Assembly: GCA_951406725.2 (NCBI GenBank)
Contig: OX597820.1
Span: forward strand, 100,254,001-100,318,000
DNA: 64,000 nt
Origin: Octopus vulgaris
Lineage: Eukaryota
Reading direction: 5' to 3'
The position numbers and the translations under genes were made by a program. The notes under the pieces are model-generated. The model saw only the letters and a program-made list of their open reading frames with translations, was not told where the DNA came from and searched no databases. Shown here piece after piece: positions 1 through 13,459 of the stretch (position 1 is the first letter of the stretch; each line of letters opens with the position of its first letter).

Positions 1-344
1 CACTGATTCTCTCTATCCCCCCCCACACACACACAAACTCAGACATTGCAGTATTCCTTAGTTTTTTTTTTTTATATTTTATCATCATTTATGGATCCAA
101 AAAGACAATGCAGATATGAAAGTAGATATATATACATATAAAAGTACATGTGTATATATAAATATATATATATATATTCGTTATTAACGACGGAAGCAGC
201 ATTAGTAACGCATAGCAATCTGCATATCTTACTTAACGTGGATATGCTGTAAGAACGCCACAATACTGTGGTATTCGACTTGAGAAAGCATTCCGTATAG
301 ACGTATATGGCTAAAATGCTACAGACACTTGTATGCTTATAAAT

Positions 345-810
345 GTGCATGAATATATACACGCACACACACATACACATACGTATACACATATAGACAC
401 AGACACACACACACGCACACACAAAAAAATGCGCACACATACGCAGGCATACACGCACACAAATGCACATACCCAACACTCACTGCCCCACGGATATACA
501 CCCATACACGCACACGAATGCACACACCCAACACTCACAACCCCACGTATATACACCCATATACGCTTACACACACACATACAAACGCGCACGTACACGC
601 ACACACAACTACACGCACGCACATACATACACACACACACAAATGAACCCACACATACATCCCATACACACGGCACACAATTATACATACATGTGTACAC
701 ACATACGCGCGTACAAGCACACACGCACACACACATACATACACACACACACACTACCAACAAAAACACACACGATACATATACATACACGCACACACAC
801 ACACATACTT
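345..810. repeat. Degenerate (CA)n/(TACA)n microsatellite tract
   Basis: Direct reading; the overlapping H/T and C/V-rich ORFs are repeat translations. Confidence 0.9.
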
Positions 811-1224
811 CAAACTAGCAGTACCTACTACTGACCTGGGGTGGAGAGAAAAAGAGCCACTACCAATTCCTTCTTCCTTGACCTTAAACAATACTAAGCC
901 TTACAACACGCAAAGATTAACACGCACACACACACACACACACACACGTGTTATCATAGCACACATACACTCATACACACACACGCACACGCAGACCTTC
1001 GTGAAAATAATGGGTGTTCGTGTCGTTATACAGGTTCCTGTATATGAAAGATAATGGAGCGGAGGTGAAGAGTGCGTATTCTTTACCTTCGCCGACAATG
1101 AGTGTATATGTGTGTGTGTGTGTGTTGTATTAAATCATACACACACAAAAACACACTTGCATAATGTATGTATTTATTTATGTATGTACGTACATATGAA
1201 AGATAATGGTAGTGTGTGTGTGTA

Positions 1225-1257
<33 letters not shown>

Positions 1258-1365
1258 TTGCAAATAAATGCAGATAAATTCAAAACAAGGTGGACAAATA
1301 ATACTCGAATACCAAATATATAGAGAAATATATTTTTTATTAAAGCTGCAAGTGACTTTAATAAA

Positions 1366-1399
<34 letters not shown>

Positions 1400-2139
1400 T
1401 CCAAGGATCGAGGTGTAGGAAGAATGTTAGTTTCAAGCAATCAGTAGTAAATATAAAAAAACAACTTTCAGGGACAACAGTGCTTTATTGAGACGGAAGG
1501 TTTTGAATTTTTTCGTATCGAAATACGATAAACTGAAAAAAATTCTTTTAAACATGTTTTGTACTTCCTACTTTTAAATTCTCTTAAAATCATTTTATTT
1601 TATTGATAAATAAAAAAAAATTGCTGAAACTAGTTTGGTATGTAAGTAAATAAATTTATTTAAATTAAACATATTTTTCAAAATTTAGGTGTATTTCCAA
1701 AAACAAATTGTCCTGTATTTTTTTCCTGCGTGGAAATATCTCTTCATTCTATATATATATATATATATAAATTAAAGATAAAATTAATTTAATTTATATT
1801 TATACTGTGAAATTTGATTTAATCCTAAATCTAATTTTTCCCTGTAAGTTTGGAGCCATATTCCCTAATATTATTATTATTATCATTATTATTATATATA
1901 TATATATATAGTGTGTGTGTGTGTGTGTGTGTGCGTGTGCGTGTATCACTGGTTATGTTACCATCGGTTTTGCACACAATATTCCCACTATAAAATATTG
2001 AAGACTCTTCTGTGCTGGCCAGAATTGCCCATCTTCTTTCATTCTGGTTCTGTAGTGGAAAAAGTGAAATGAAATATAATGAAAAAATGTTATTTGTGGC
2101 ATTGCTTTCTCTTGTGCGTTTTTTTTTTTTTTTTTTTCC

Positions 2140-2250
2140 CGACCTCGAAATGATGAAAGGCGAAATTGACATCGGTGGGATTTGATCTCAGAATATAAAG
2201 AGCCCAAAGCATTTTGTACGATACCGTAACGATTCTGTCAGTTCGTTGCC
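2140..2250 (-). mobile_element. tRNA-derived SINE family A, diverged fragment
   Basis: Similar to the better copies at 9998-10230 and 55753-55985 (gatgaaaggcaaagtcgac...tttgaactcagaa motif). Confidence 0.75.
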
Positions 2251-2302
<52 letters not shown>

Positions 2303-2316
2303 TGAGAAAGAAAGCA

Positions 2317-2700
2317 ATTGAGAAAGAAAGCAAACTATGCTGGAGCATAGGTATAGCATGCCCAGCTGTCAACAAGGTATATGATAAGGAAGAAAGAAAA
2401 GTCGATAGATGTGACTGGTTAGCTTGAGAGGTTAAGCAGTTGTGGTCGATAATAAAGGCGGTAGTAGTACCAATAATTGTTGAAGCCCTGGGAACAGTGA
2501 GTAAAGATCTCGAGAAGTACGTAGCACAAATAAGGGCTGCAATAAGGGTGGAGCACTTGCAGAAAACGGCATTGCTTGGAGCCGTTCGAATACTCCGGAA
2601 GGTGCTCGAAAAATAAGAGGTGTTACCTTAGTTCACTGGTAGTGAACAACTGACACCGTAGTACATCTCCAGTTTTAGAAGCTGTGCAAAGGCAATAACA
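2317..2700 (+). mobile_element. 3' end of an R4/Dong-like RLE non-LTR retrotransposon, decayed, set in (AAT)n/(ATT)n
   Basis: Manual translation ...EVKQLWSIIKAVVVPIIVEALGTVSKDLEKYVAQIRAAIRVEHLQKTALLGAVRILRKVLEK* matches the RLE C-terminus seen at 5372-5641; flanked by AAT repeats. Confidence 0.8.
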
Positions 2701-2701
2701 A

Positions 2702-2744
<43 letters not shown>

Positions 2745-2745
<1 letters not shown>

Positions 2746-2938
2746 TTGGCATAAGCCCAGCAATCAAGAGGGAGGGAGTAAGCCGATCACATCGACTCAA
2801 CTAGTACTTATTTTATCGACCCAGAAAGGATGAAAGGCAAAGTTGACTTCGGTGGATTTTTAATTCAGAGTATAAAAACGGAGGAAATGATGTTAAGCAT
2901 TTTTCCCAGCGCGCTAACGATTCTGCCAAATCGCTACC

Positions 2939-2940
<2 letters not shown>
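2745..2940 (-). mobile_element. SINE family A, diverged copy
   Basis: ttatcgacccagaaaggatgaaaggcaaagttgac...ctaacgattctgcc. Confidence 0.8.
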
Positions 2941-2997
<57 letters not shown>

Positions 2998-3086
2998 AAG
3001 AAGAAGAAGAAGAAGAAGAAGAAGAAGAAGAAGAAGAAGAAGAAGAAGAAGAAGAAGAAGAAGAAGAAGAAGAAGAAGAAGAAGAA
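2941..3086. repeat. Compound (AAT)n(AAG)n microsatellite
   Basis: Direct reading. Confidence 0.97.
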
Positions 3087-3688
3087 AAATGCCCTGATGC
3101 AATACCAGACAGTGGCTCTCATGGCTTCTGATCTTAACTGATTTGAAGTGTTATCATGTACGATCTCATGATATTTATTGATTTGAATACAGCTTTTTAT
3201 TTAAATTTTGTACTTATGACATTTATTGATTTGAATACAGCAAATATTCTGCTCAATACCACAGATTTGCTTGTCAGTTGCTTGACCTTAACCAGTTAAG
3301 CATCTCCCTTAACGGCTGACGATATGTGCATCTCTAACCACGAGCAGAAGTAGTGGGGAGCATCATATCCGTGTGTTGAAAGGAATTCTCGGAGGTTTGG
3401 ATAATTCACCTTTGGTAACATGGGTGGTTCGTTCAATACCCTTAAACTGTCCTTATTCTGGGACCTTTTGAGCGGGATGGGTTACTCGACCAGAAGAAAA
3501 TTCTAACTGGACCCCACCTGCAATTTCATGCGCTGTTTATCTTGATATGAGATCACCATGTCGCGCACATTTGGTTGTGATGCATGTGTCTGGTGTACCC
3601 TAATCAGATGGGTAGTCATGATGGGTATACTGGGCTTCGTATATTTTACCCCAATGTCACTTTGATGGCATGCACTGCTCTCTCACTC

Positions 3689-3774
<86 letters not shown>

Positions 3775-3790
3775 TAATAATAATAATAAC
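3087..3790 (+). mobile_element. Non-coding ~600 bp element ending in an (AAT)n tail (probable LINE 3' UTR or non-autonomous retroelement)
   Basis: Unique sequence bounded by trinucleotide tracts, ends ...ctctctcactc(AAT)n; no credible ORF. Confidence 0.5.
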
Positions 3791-3793
3791 AAC

Positions 3794-5874
3794 CCAAAGA
3801 GAGCGAATAATGCAGATGTTGACTAAGCCCTGACCCATCAATAGCTAATGGCCTCTGGCTTAAAATCTGAAACAGAAGGGTTTATCATAGCAGCTCAAGA
3901 TCAATGCCTACCAACAAGGAACTACCAGGCCAACATATTAAAGAACAGCAGTAGCCCAGCATGTCGTGTATGTCAACAACAAAAGGAAACCATTGATCAT
4001 GTTGTCTCCAAATGCGGTCTTCTAGCGCCTACAGAGTATCTCAACAGGCATGATAGAGCTCCACAATATATTCACTGGGTAATCTGCAAAAACCTGGATT
4101 TGCCCCATGAAAAAAAACTGGTGGGAACACAAACCACCTCCAGTGCTTGGAAATGACCACATCTCACTCCTCTGGAACTTCCCCATTCAAACTGACAGAA
4201 AGATAGAAGCTACTTTTATCAAAGGAAAAATGACAGAAACATCTAACGTTAACCTTGACCAGCAGAATGTCATAAAAGAACTAGACCCAGCGGAGAGCTA
4301 CAAGTACCTAGGGGTAATTGAAGGGAACGGAATAAGGCATTCAGAGATGAAGGAAAGAATCAGGAGAGAATGCTATCGAAGAGTGAGAGCAATACTCAAG
4401 ACAGAGCTGAATGCAAGAAACAGGATCGAAGCGATCAATGTATTAGCCATACCAGTCGTGACTTACAGTTTCAATATTGTTAACTGGTCAATTTCTGAAA
4501 TATGTCAGCTCGACAGAAAAATAAGGAAACTGTTGACAATGCATAGAATGCACCACCCTAAGGCAGATACAGAACGACTCTATCTGCCAAGAAAAGAGGG
4601 AGGCCGTGGTCTTTTGCAACTGGCAATAACAATGAAGATTGCTACAATTGGCCTAGACACCTACCTGAAAAACTCTGAGGACTGGATGTTAAAACTTGTC
4701 TCAAAACATGAAAACAAGAAAGCATCATACTCAGTCACAAAACAGGCAAAGGAATATCTAAGTGAATTCCGAATACAACCAATTTCGGAATTAGAGATAA
4801 ACATACAAGAAACAAGCACAGAAAAAGCTAGGCGCATGAAAACCCGTGCTAAAACTGCGGCCTTAGATATTCTGAATAATAAATGGCAAGAAAAACCTCT
4901 CTATGGCAAATATCCAAAGAGAGCGAATAATGCAGATATCGACAAAGCCCTGACCCATCAATGGCTAATGGCCTCTGGCTTAAAATTTGAAACAGAGGGG
5001 TTTATCATAGCAGATCAAGATCAATGCCTACCAACAAGAAACTACCAGGCCAACATATTAAAGAACGGCAGTAGCCCAGCATGTCGTGTATGCCGACAAC
5101 AAAATGAAACCATTGATCATGTTGTCTCCAAATGCAGTCTTCTAGCGCCTACAGAGTACCTCAATAGGCATGATAGAGCTGCACAATATATTCACTGGGT
5201 AATTTGCAAAAACCTGGATTTGCCCCATGAAAAAAACTGGTGGGAACACAATCCACCTCCAGTGCTTGAAAATGACCACATCTCACTCCTCTGGAACTTC
5301 ACCATTCAAACTGACAGGAAGCTAGATGCAAATAGGACAGACATCATATTGAAAGACTTCAGACAAAGAACATGCCTCCTCATTGGTATGACTGTCCCAA
5401 TCGATATAAACGTATCTGTCAAAACCTACCAAAACTGAGCAAATATAAAGATCTTGAAATAGAAATCAGCAAAATGTGGAAGCTGAAGACTAAAACAATA
5501 CCTGTTGTCATAGGTGCCCTGGGAATGATAGCGAAAGGGACTGATTGCTACCTAACTCAGATACCAGGAAACCCCAAAATGGCAGAAATTCAAAAGATAG
5601 TGCTCATGGGAACTGCTCATATCCTACGCAATCCTATGTAATCCCAAGGTTTAAAACAAACTTCTTTTTTTTTAATTTTTAATTTTTTTTTTTTTATTTA
5701 TTTTTTTTTTTAAATTTTATTTTTATGTATTAGACATTCACTAGTACAACACCAAAAAAAAAACAAAACAAAAAACCAAATATATGGCACAGAACTTCCA
5801 ATCTGTTGTCTCTTGAGGTCTCTGGGTGAGACTTGGAGCCAACTTGTACAGACATAAAGCAAAAGTCAAACATA

Positions 5875-5945
<71 letters not shown>
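3794..5945 (+). mobile_element. 5'-truncated, rearranged R4/Dong-like LINE (end of RT, CCHC knuckle, restriction-like endonuclease, 3' UTR, (AAT)n tail)
   Basis: ORFs 4107-5438 and 5372-5641: YKYLG, RLYLPRKEGGRGL, CRVC..ETIDHVVSKC, RHD, R(T)DII..., VIGALG; frameshift near 5435; 3794-4207 duplicates 4914-5327. Confidence 0.93.
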
Positions 5946-5954
5946 GTACTTACT

Positions 5955-5973
5955 ATTATTGTTATTATTTTTT

Positions 5974-6007
<34 letters not shown>

Positions 6008-9000
6008 GTTTTTTCCTTCTTTCTTCAAATTTTCTTCTGTTTCTCGCCGAATGTTTTCCATACACCTAGGGCAAAGAAGGGCATTGTATGCATTCCCAGA
6101 TTACACGCGCAAATTCACAGATAAAATATGTATTTAAAAATTAATAAATAAATTAATTCATGGATGGATGTTATTTTCACAACGATAGTGCTCTTCTCAG
6201 TACATGAGCCGTTCCAGTTAATACGATTTTTTGCACTTCCTGTAGGGATGGTAAGCCTGGAATCATTTTCAAATAGGTTTCAGTACCTTTTTTATCATTC
6301 CTAGAGATCCTACAATCACTGCTGCTGTAGTCGTCTTGAGATGCCACATTTTTTCAATTTCCGTTAGCAGGTCTTTATATTTACTAATCTTGTCAAATTC
6401 TTTCGCCGCTATATTGTGATCACAGGGAATACTCATATCAATTAATAAACACATCCTTTTTGTCTGATCTTTTATAATGATATCTGGTTTATTGGCTTTT
6501 ATAGTCCTGTCGGTCTGCACGGAGAAGTCCCATAGAATCGACACATTTTCTCCCTCAGCTTCAGGATGGTGTTTATACCATTTGTCAGCGGTTTTGATTT
6601 TATAATGCCGACATATTGGCCAGTGTAAATACTGGCCGACTCTGTCATGTTTTGCTTTATATTCTGCGGGTGCTAAGACTCTACACCCTGAGATTAGGTG
6701 GTCTATTGTTTCAATCTCATCGTTACAGAATCGGCATTTTGGGTCAGCTCCATTTTTCATCACATTGGGTTGGTAGTTCCGGGTAAATAAGCTTTGGTCT
6801 TGAGCAGCTAATATGAAACCTTCACCCTCTGCTTTTAGCCCTGAACTTCGTAACTATTAGTGCGTGTGTTTCTGGTCGACATCAGCTTGTTTGCTACGGG
6901 CCACATACTTGCCATGGAAAGGTTTCTGTTCCCATCTGCTAGCTAAATTTTCATGTACTTTTGTCTTTGCAATTAATTTTATTTTCTTTGCAGCTGCAGT
7001 TGGCGCATTTCCTTCAGCCTGCTCAATCTGGTGGGTATCTAAGAGATCAGCAGCGAATTTTTTGCTCTCTTTGAGAATAGAGTGAAGTTTTTTAGGTCTT
7101 TCATGTTTTTCAACAAGTTTTAGCATCCAATCGTTGGTTGCTTCAAGGTATTTGGCCAGTCCGATTGTGGTGGTTTTGTATGTAAGTTCAAGCTGAATCA
7201 AACCTCGACCTCCCTGAGCTCTGGGAAGGTAAAGGCGATCCACGTCTGCCTTTGGATGGTGCATCTTTTTCTACGAGTCAGTAGCTTGCGGATTTTCCTG
7301 TCAATTTTCATTATTTCACTAGTATTCCAGTTAAGCACATTGAAGCTATACAGAACAACTGGTACTGCTAAGGAATTTATGGCTAAAACCTTATTATATG
7401 CATTCAGCTCAGACTTCAGGACTGCTCGGACTCTTCTATAACATTCTTTCCTAACCTTCTCTTTCATGCTTGCATGCTAGATACCAGAGCCTTCATTTAT
7501 TCCTAGGTATTTATAGGTTTGTTCCTGCTCAAGTTCCTTTTTACTATTTCAACATCTAATTCGATTGAACTAGACTTTACCAATTTCCTTTTCTTAAAAG
7601 TGGCTTTGGCACACTTTTCAAGGCCAAACTCCATCCCGATATCATCACTGAATCCTTTCACAGTATGTAATAATCCTTCAAGCTCTTCATCATCTTTGCC
7701 ATATAGCTTTAAGTCATCCATATAAAATAGATGGCTTATTTTTTTGTTGTCAATTTTGTAGCCATATCCTGTTCTATTCAGTTCACTTGAGCGTGGTATT
7801 AGTGCTATGCAGAAAATTAGTGGTGAAAGTGAGTCACCTTGGAAAATTCCACAGTTTATGCTAATGTTGTTTGAGTGCAATACTCTATTAGAATGATATA
7901 ATTGGAGCTTCGTGTTCCATAGAGACATATTATACTTTACAAAATTTGAATTCACAGGAGAAATTTTGAAAATGTCCAGCGATTTCAGAATCCACGAATG
8001 TGGTATGCTGTCAAAGACTTTTTATAATCAATCCAAGAAGAGCTGAGATTTCTGCGCTTGTTATGGCAGTTCTCAAGGATCATGCGATTAATTGGGAGCT
8101 GATCTTTGCATCCGTATGAGCCTCGTCTGCATCCTTTTTGTTCAGTGGGAAAGAGGTTATTCTCTTCCATAAACGTATATGTTTTCTCTACTAGAATAGA
8201 TGTCAAGATCTTATAGGTAGTAGATAAACATGTTATGGGCCGAAAGTTTTTTGGGTCTTTCGTGTTGTTATTTTTGGGGAGGAGGTAAGTAATACCATTT
8301 GCCATCCAATGTGGTGTTTTTTTCGGGTCATTCATAATACTATTAAATAGTATTACTAACATTTTGTGTGCGGACGAGTGTGATGAGAGCCAGAAATTTG
8401 GTACTCTATCAATACCAGGGGATTTCCACTTATGAGCCTTTGTTAGTGCTTTCCTTAGGTCGGCGATTGAGATGTCTTCCCATACCTGTTCTTGTAGATT
8501 TTTGTAGTCATCTTGGGTGCGTTTGATCCACTATGCATTTTCATTGTATGGTTTCTCATCACTCCAGACCCCCTTCCAAAAGTTTTCAACTTCTTCCATT
8601 AGGGGTGGATTTACAATGGTTATTTTTTCTTTCCCTATTTCCCTGTAAAATGATTTGGCATTGGATTTGAACATCTTATTTTGTTTGTAGAATTTGATTC
8701 TTTTCTCAAATCTGCGTATTCTCTGAGCTTTTGCTTGAACTTTTTGTTTAAGTGCTTCTTTCGCTGACATTAGTTCTTCTCTTGTTGAGTGTCCATATTT
8801 TCTCACAATCTTCCTGCATTTTCTTGATCTTACATCATTTCCAGAGATTAGCTCAGTTAATATTGATATCTCCCTTCGCAATGATTCAATTTCAGTTTCA
8901 ATTCTACTCCTCCAGTTTGATTTTCTTTTCGAATTTGGCATTGTTGGCTTTTTGGGTGTTAAACAGCGTCTTTCGATTACCTTAGCGACAGAGTAAATAA

Positions 9001-9850
9001 TTTCATTTAATTTATTAAGATCGGGTTTTAGTTGTTGTATGATTTCCTGTGTAACGCAGTTGCCAATTTTTTTTGTGTTTTATGTTGGTGTGCATTTGTG
9101 AGTTTATGGAGTGGTTCCCTATCATTCATAGTTGTATGCCCTACGACTGCAAGCTCATTCAGAACTTCTTGTTTCATTTCAATGATAGATTTTCTGTGTT
9201 GTTCAACAAACGTGTGATTTTCAAATTCTGTTTCGACATCATTTTCCGGGCTGTTTTTACTAGGGTCATATTTTCCTTCTTCTTCAGGATCTTGAGTCGA
9301 TTCGGCAGATGGTCGCCTTTCAGTCAATGCTTGTGGCCCAACATTCCTCTCCTCAGCTTCGTTATTTCTTTCCTGACTTACATTTAGGTCATTCTCTACC
9401 ACTTTTTTAATAGATGTTAATTCTGCATATGTGAGTCTGGTATTTCTGAAGATATCTCTTCTAACATTTGCTAATCTGTTTTCATCCAGGTTTGGTCTGC
9501 TAGCTGGATTCCGGCTCCTCCAAATTCTGTAGGGGTTTGCGGTGTGTTTTTCTTGGGTTGGCCTACTTAATGCAAAGTAATAAGCATATATTACTTCTTT
9601 ATATTCTTCCCGGTTCCATTTAGTTCTTTTACATTTTTGATTTTCTGGTCGTTGTGGTGGTGAACTTTGGGGGCTTAATTTGGGACAAATCCCGTTAAGT
9701 GACCTTCCAGGTTCGTATTCGGGGAAGATATTCTGCCATTTGAAAATTTTTCGCCATCAGGCTGGCAGCCTCCTGAGGGGCGCGCTTCCTTTATAACCAT
9801 TGGACAAGCGATTCGGTGTACTGTTAGAAATTTTATTTTCAAGTAAAGTT
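5955..9850 (-). mobile_element. Near full-length R4/Dong-like LINE with a disrupted single ORF (~9800 to 6177)
   Basis: N-terminal KRTKWNREEYKEVIYAYY motif; RT motifs NFRPITCL, EQKG, GIFQGDSLSP, YMDD; CCHC CRFC..ETIDHLISGC; RLE KPDIII..LIDMSIPCD; several stops and frameshifts; (AAT)n tail at 5955-6007. Confidence 0.95.
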
Positions 9851-9997
9851 AAGTTATTATTAAGTTTTCATTTAAAAAAAATGAAAAATGAAATAAAAGA
9901 TTTAACCACTAATTTTCATATAGGGGCCTCATTTATCATCATTAGCAGCAGCAGCAGCCCCAGTAGTTATAGCAACAGCAATATCATTGTCAGCAGT

Positions 9998-10230
9998 TGG
10001 AGCGAGCTGGCAGAATCGTTAGCACGCCGGGCGAAATGCGTAGCCGTATTTCGTCTGCCGTTACGTTCTGAGTTCAAATTCCGCCGAGGTCAACTTTGCC
10101 TTTCATCCTTTCGGGGTCGATTAAATAAGTACCAGTTATGCACCGGGGTCGATGTAATCGACTTAATCCGTGTGTCTGTCCTTGTTTGTCCCCTCTGTGT
10201 TTAACCCCTTGTGGGTAGTAAAGAAATAGG
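9998..10230 (+). mobile_element. tRNA-derived SINE family A, full copy
   Basis: A-box-like tggcagaatcg, B-box-like gttcaaattcc, central gcctttcatcctttcggggtcgat; many copies in the window. Confidence 0.9.
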
Positions 10231-10519
10231 TAGTAGCAATAGTAATGGCCGCAGCAACAGCAGCAATGGTAGCAATAGTAGTAGTAGTAGTGACAGCAAC
10301 AGCAGTGGTAGCAGCAGTAGTAGCAGCAGTAGTAGCAGCAACAGCAGCAGTAGTAGTGGTCGTAGTTGTAGCAGCAGCAGTGGTAGCAGCAGCAGTAGTA
10401 GTGGCCGTAGCTGCAGCAGCAGCAGCAGTAGTAGTAACTGCAGCAGTAGTAGTAGCAGCAGCAGTAGCAGCAGTAGTAGTAGCAGTAGTAGCTACAGCAG
10501 TAGTAGTGGTCGTAGTTGT

Positions 10520-10565
<46 letters not shown>
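10231..10565. repeat. Compound (AGC/AGT)n trinucleotide tract
   Basis: Direct reading. Confidence 0.95.
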
Positions 10566-10566
<1 letters not shown>

Positions 10567-10849
10567 GTGTGGCTCATGTATTTTTTTTAGGTGGGGTGTG
10601 GTCCTATCGGTCAAAAAAGTTCAAATGTCTACTACTACTAGCCTTGAGAAAAATTAAGGAAGGGCTGTTCTGTATTATTTGTGAATAGAGAAGTTGTGCT
10701 CGACCAGAGAGAATCTATAATTAGCATCATTATTTTTTCCATGTGCGTTTGTGTTATTGCAATAAAAAGTGTTTGTATATTTCGTGTAAGGTAATATTGT
10801 GGAAGTTGAAGTTGACTTTTCTAGAGATGTTTAGTAGCAGTAGTAGCTA

Positions 10850-10912
<63 letters not shown>

Positions 10913-11170
10913 GTGTGGCTCATGTAATTTTTTTTTAGGTGGGGTGTTGTCCTATCGGTCAAAAAAAGTTCAAATGTCTTAAGAAAATTTAAGAAAAATT
11001 AAGGAAGGGCTGTTATTTGTGAATAGAGAAGTTGTGTTCGACCAGAGAGAATCTATAATTAGCATCATTATTTTTTCCATGTGCGTTTGTGTTATTGCAA
11101 TAAAAAGTGTTTGTATATTTCGTGTAAGGTAATATTGTGGAAGTTGAAGTTGACTTTTCTAGAGATGTTT
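10564..11170. repeat. ~265 bp direct duplication (10564-10832 and 10910-11170) separated by (AGC/AGT)n
   Basis: Near-identical blocks taggtgtggctcatgta...ctagagatgttt; may be part of a heavily decayed LINE on the minus strand. Confidence 0.9.
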
Positions 11171-11588
11171 GTAAGTCCAGTTAGAAGAACAAGTGTGTTT
11201 TTGCAATAAAAAGTATATGTTTACATTTATATTTGAATATTCAGGGAGGAAGCAAAGAAAAGTCAGATTTTCATAGAAAGTTTTAAGGTTTCAAGATAGT
11301 CTTTTGTTAGTCCACAAAAAGAAAAGTGTGATGTTTTTAGAGAGAAGAAAAAAAAAGGATGTTTACAGAAGCAATTGTGGGTATTAAAGTTTTTAAAGCT
11401 GATCGAATGTATGTTTGAAAACTCTAGATATGTAAATTTGTACATTTCTTAACTTATTTTGAAGAGAATTTTAAATACTCACAAGATATTGTAGATGTTC
11501 CAGTCTTTGAGAGTTATTTTTTCCCCATTGCTAAACTGGGTCATATTAGTGTTTCTATGGCTTTCGTCTACTGAATTCGGCTTTCGGC

Positions 11589-11633
<45 letters not shown>

Positions 11634-12199
11634 CTTTTTCTTTATTAACTGCAGAAGGTTCATATGGTACAGGACAAAAGAAGGGGAATAATAACAACAG
11701 CAACAACGACGATGATGATGATGATAAAGTGGGATTGAAACGTGTAAACAAAGAATAACAATGAAAATTCTAACAATTAAAATCCCCAAAAGACGTAGAA
11801 TTCCTAGGGCTGCTTGTGGACACCCCACAAAAACCACGATCGTTCAAACCTCTAGGATAAGTGCCTTCTTCTCTTCATCTGCCCTCGCACTGGACGCGCT
11901 TACTTAGAGCTAGCCCGTTCACTAAAGCCATTCGTGCTACATTCACCCACCTCTTAACATAATTGCCGGCAGGCAGCACTTACCTCTCAATCCCTTTTCG
12001 AGTTGGTGAGGGCTTAACCAAAGGGGAAAGTGTCTGTCCTCAGCCCTTTCAACCTGGTCCTCCACACAATCTCTTTCGCTAAGGCCAAGGACACAGAAAC
12101 ACTGCTTGCGCTTTCCGGGTCGAATAATAACATCAACAACAACGACGACAACGTGGAGGAGGAAGAAGAGGAGCTGGGGGGGGAGGAGGAGGATAAATT

Positions 12200-12830
12200 T
12201 ACAAAACTAAAATAAACATCCAAAGCAAGTGTAGCAGGATAGAGGACAAGGTGACCCACACCACAAGGTTCCTAGAGGTATTGAAAGTCAACGGCTACCC
12301 TATTTCCATTGTAAATCGGCTTAAGTATCCAAGACGACAAACACGCTGAACACACAGAAAACCCAGCAACACATGCTTCCTTTAGCGAGAGGATAACTAC
12401 AGCCATGAGAAGAGAAGGACTAAACAAACAACTAACCCACTCTGGCCCCTCTCTGAGAAGACACCTGGCAAAGAAACGAGCAGTGACTGTAATCAATGCA
12501 CACTAGCTAACAGATTTATGCCAACGGGTAAATGTTGTGCCAAGAATACAACGTAACAAATGCAACAAGTTCTACGTGGGTAGCTCATCAAGACTGTTGC
12601 ACATTCGCATTAAAGAACATCTGAACACGAGAGCCTCCTTCAGAAAACATCTAGACAGATGCCGAAACACCGACAAAAGCATAACAGTCACAATTGAGGT
12701 CAATGACAGAAATTTGGGTAATCTAAGAATTAAGGAAGTTATCCTAATAGACCGACTAGGGCCACAAATTAACAACAGGGTGGAGGTTAGCAATCAATAT
12801 ATTATTTAGCTACATCTGGATGCGTGTATG
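12200..12830 (+). mobile_element. Penelope-like element 3' fragment (GIY-YIG endonuclease), decayed
   Basis: LKVNGYP motif; ..CNKFYVGSSSRLLHIRIKEH..IKEVILIDRLGPQINNR. Confidence 0.85.
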
Positions 12831-13248
12831 TTAATTTATGTTACCATGCTCTTGTATTATTCAAAAAGGAAGCAAAAAAAAAAAGAACGGCATGTATAAT
12901 ACATAACTTAGAAGCAGCGCTGCGAATGTGCCAACACACATGAGCTTGAGACACGGACGCCCTCACGCACTTCTCATGAAGAATTCTGGAAGGAGCTTCG
13001 TGAGACCACTGCAGAAATGCTTCCGAAAAAAAATCAGTTCCGGTTGGAAAACCGATTATAGCAGTGACTCGGTCAATTCCAAAAGATATCTGAAGAAGGA
13101 ATTTTTATATTCCGAAATATTATTATATCAGACTATGTATAATTAAATTATAACAGTTATTATAGTCCACACGGCATTGTTGTGCCATTCAAGACACGGT
13201 ATATTTCACAAACAATACACAATGCTTCAAGCGAACTACAATACTCTC

Positions 13249-13314
<66 letters not shown>

Positions 13315-13459
13315 ATGTATGTATGTATGTATGTATATACGTATGTATGTATGTATGTATGTATGTATGTATATTACAGCAGTATCAGTGCCATGCATTG
13401 TTTAGGTGCTACTCAGTCAACAACACCGACTAAACTGCACCATTAGATCACAGTCGGAA

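Noticed and set aside
1985-2120. TATA box plus signal-peptide-like first exon for gene 1 (MLFVALLSL)
   Set aside because: Weak donor and no independent support; such motifs arise by chance in AT-rich DNA.
11990-12070. RT-like motif (GLTKGESVCP..FNLVL)
   Set aside because: Requires a frameshift and is too degraded to call.
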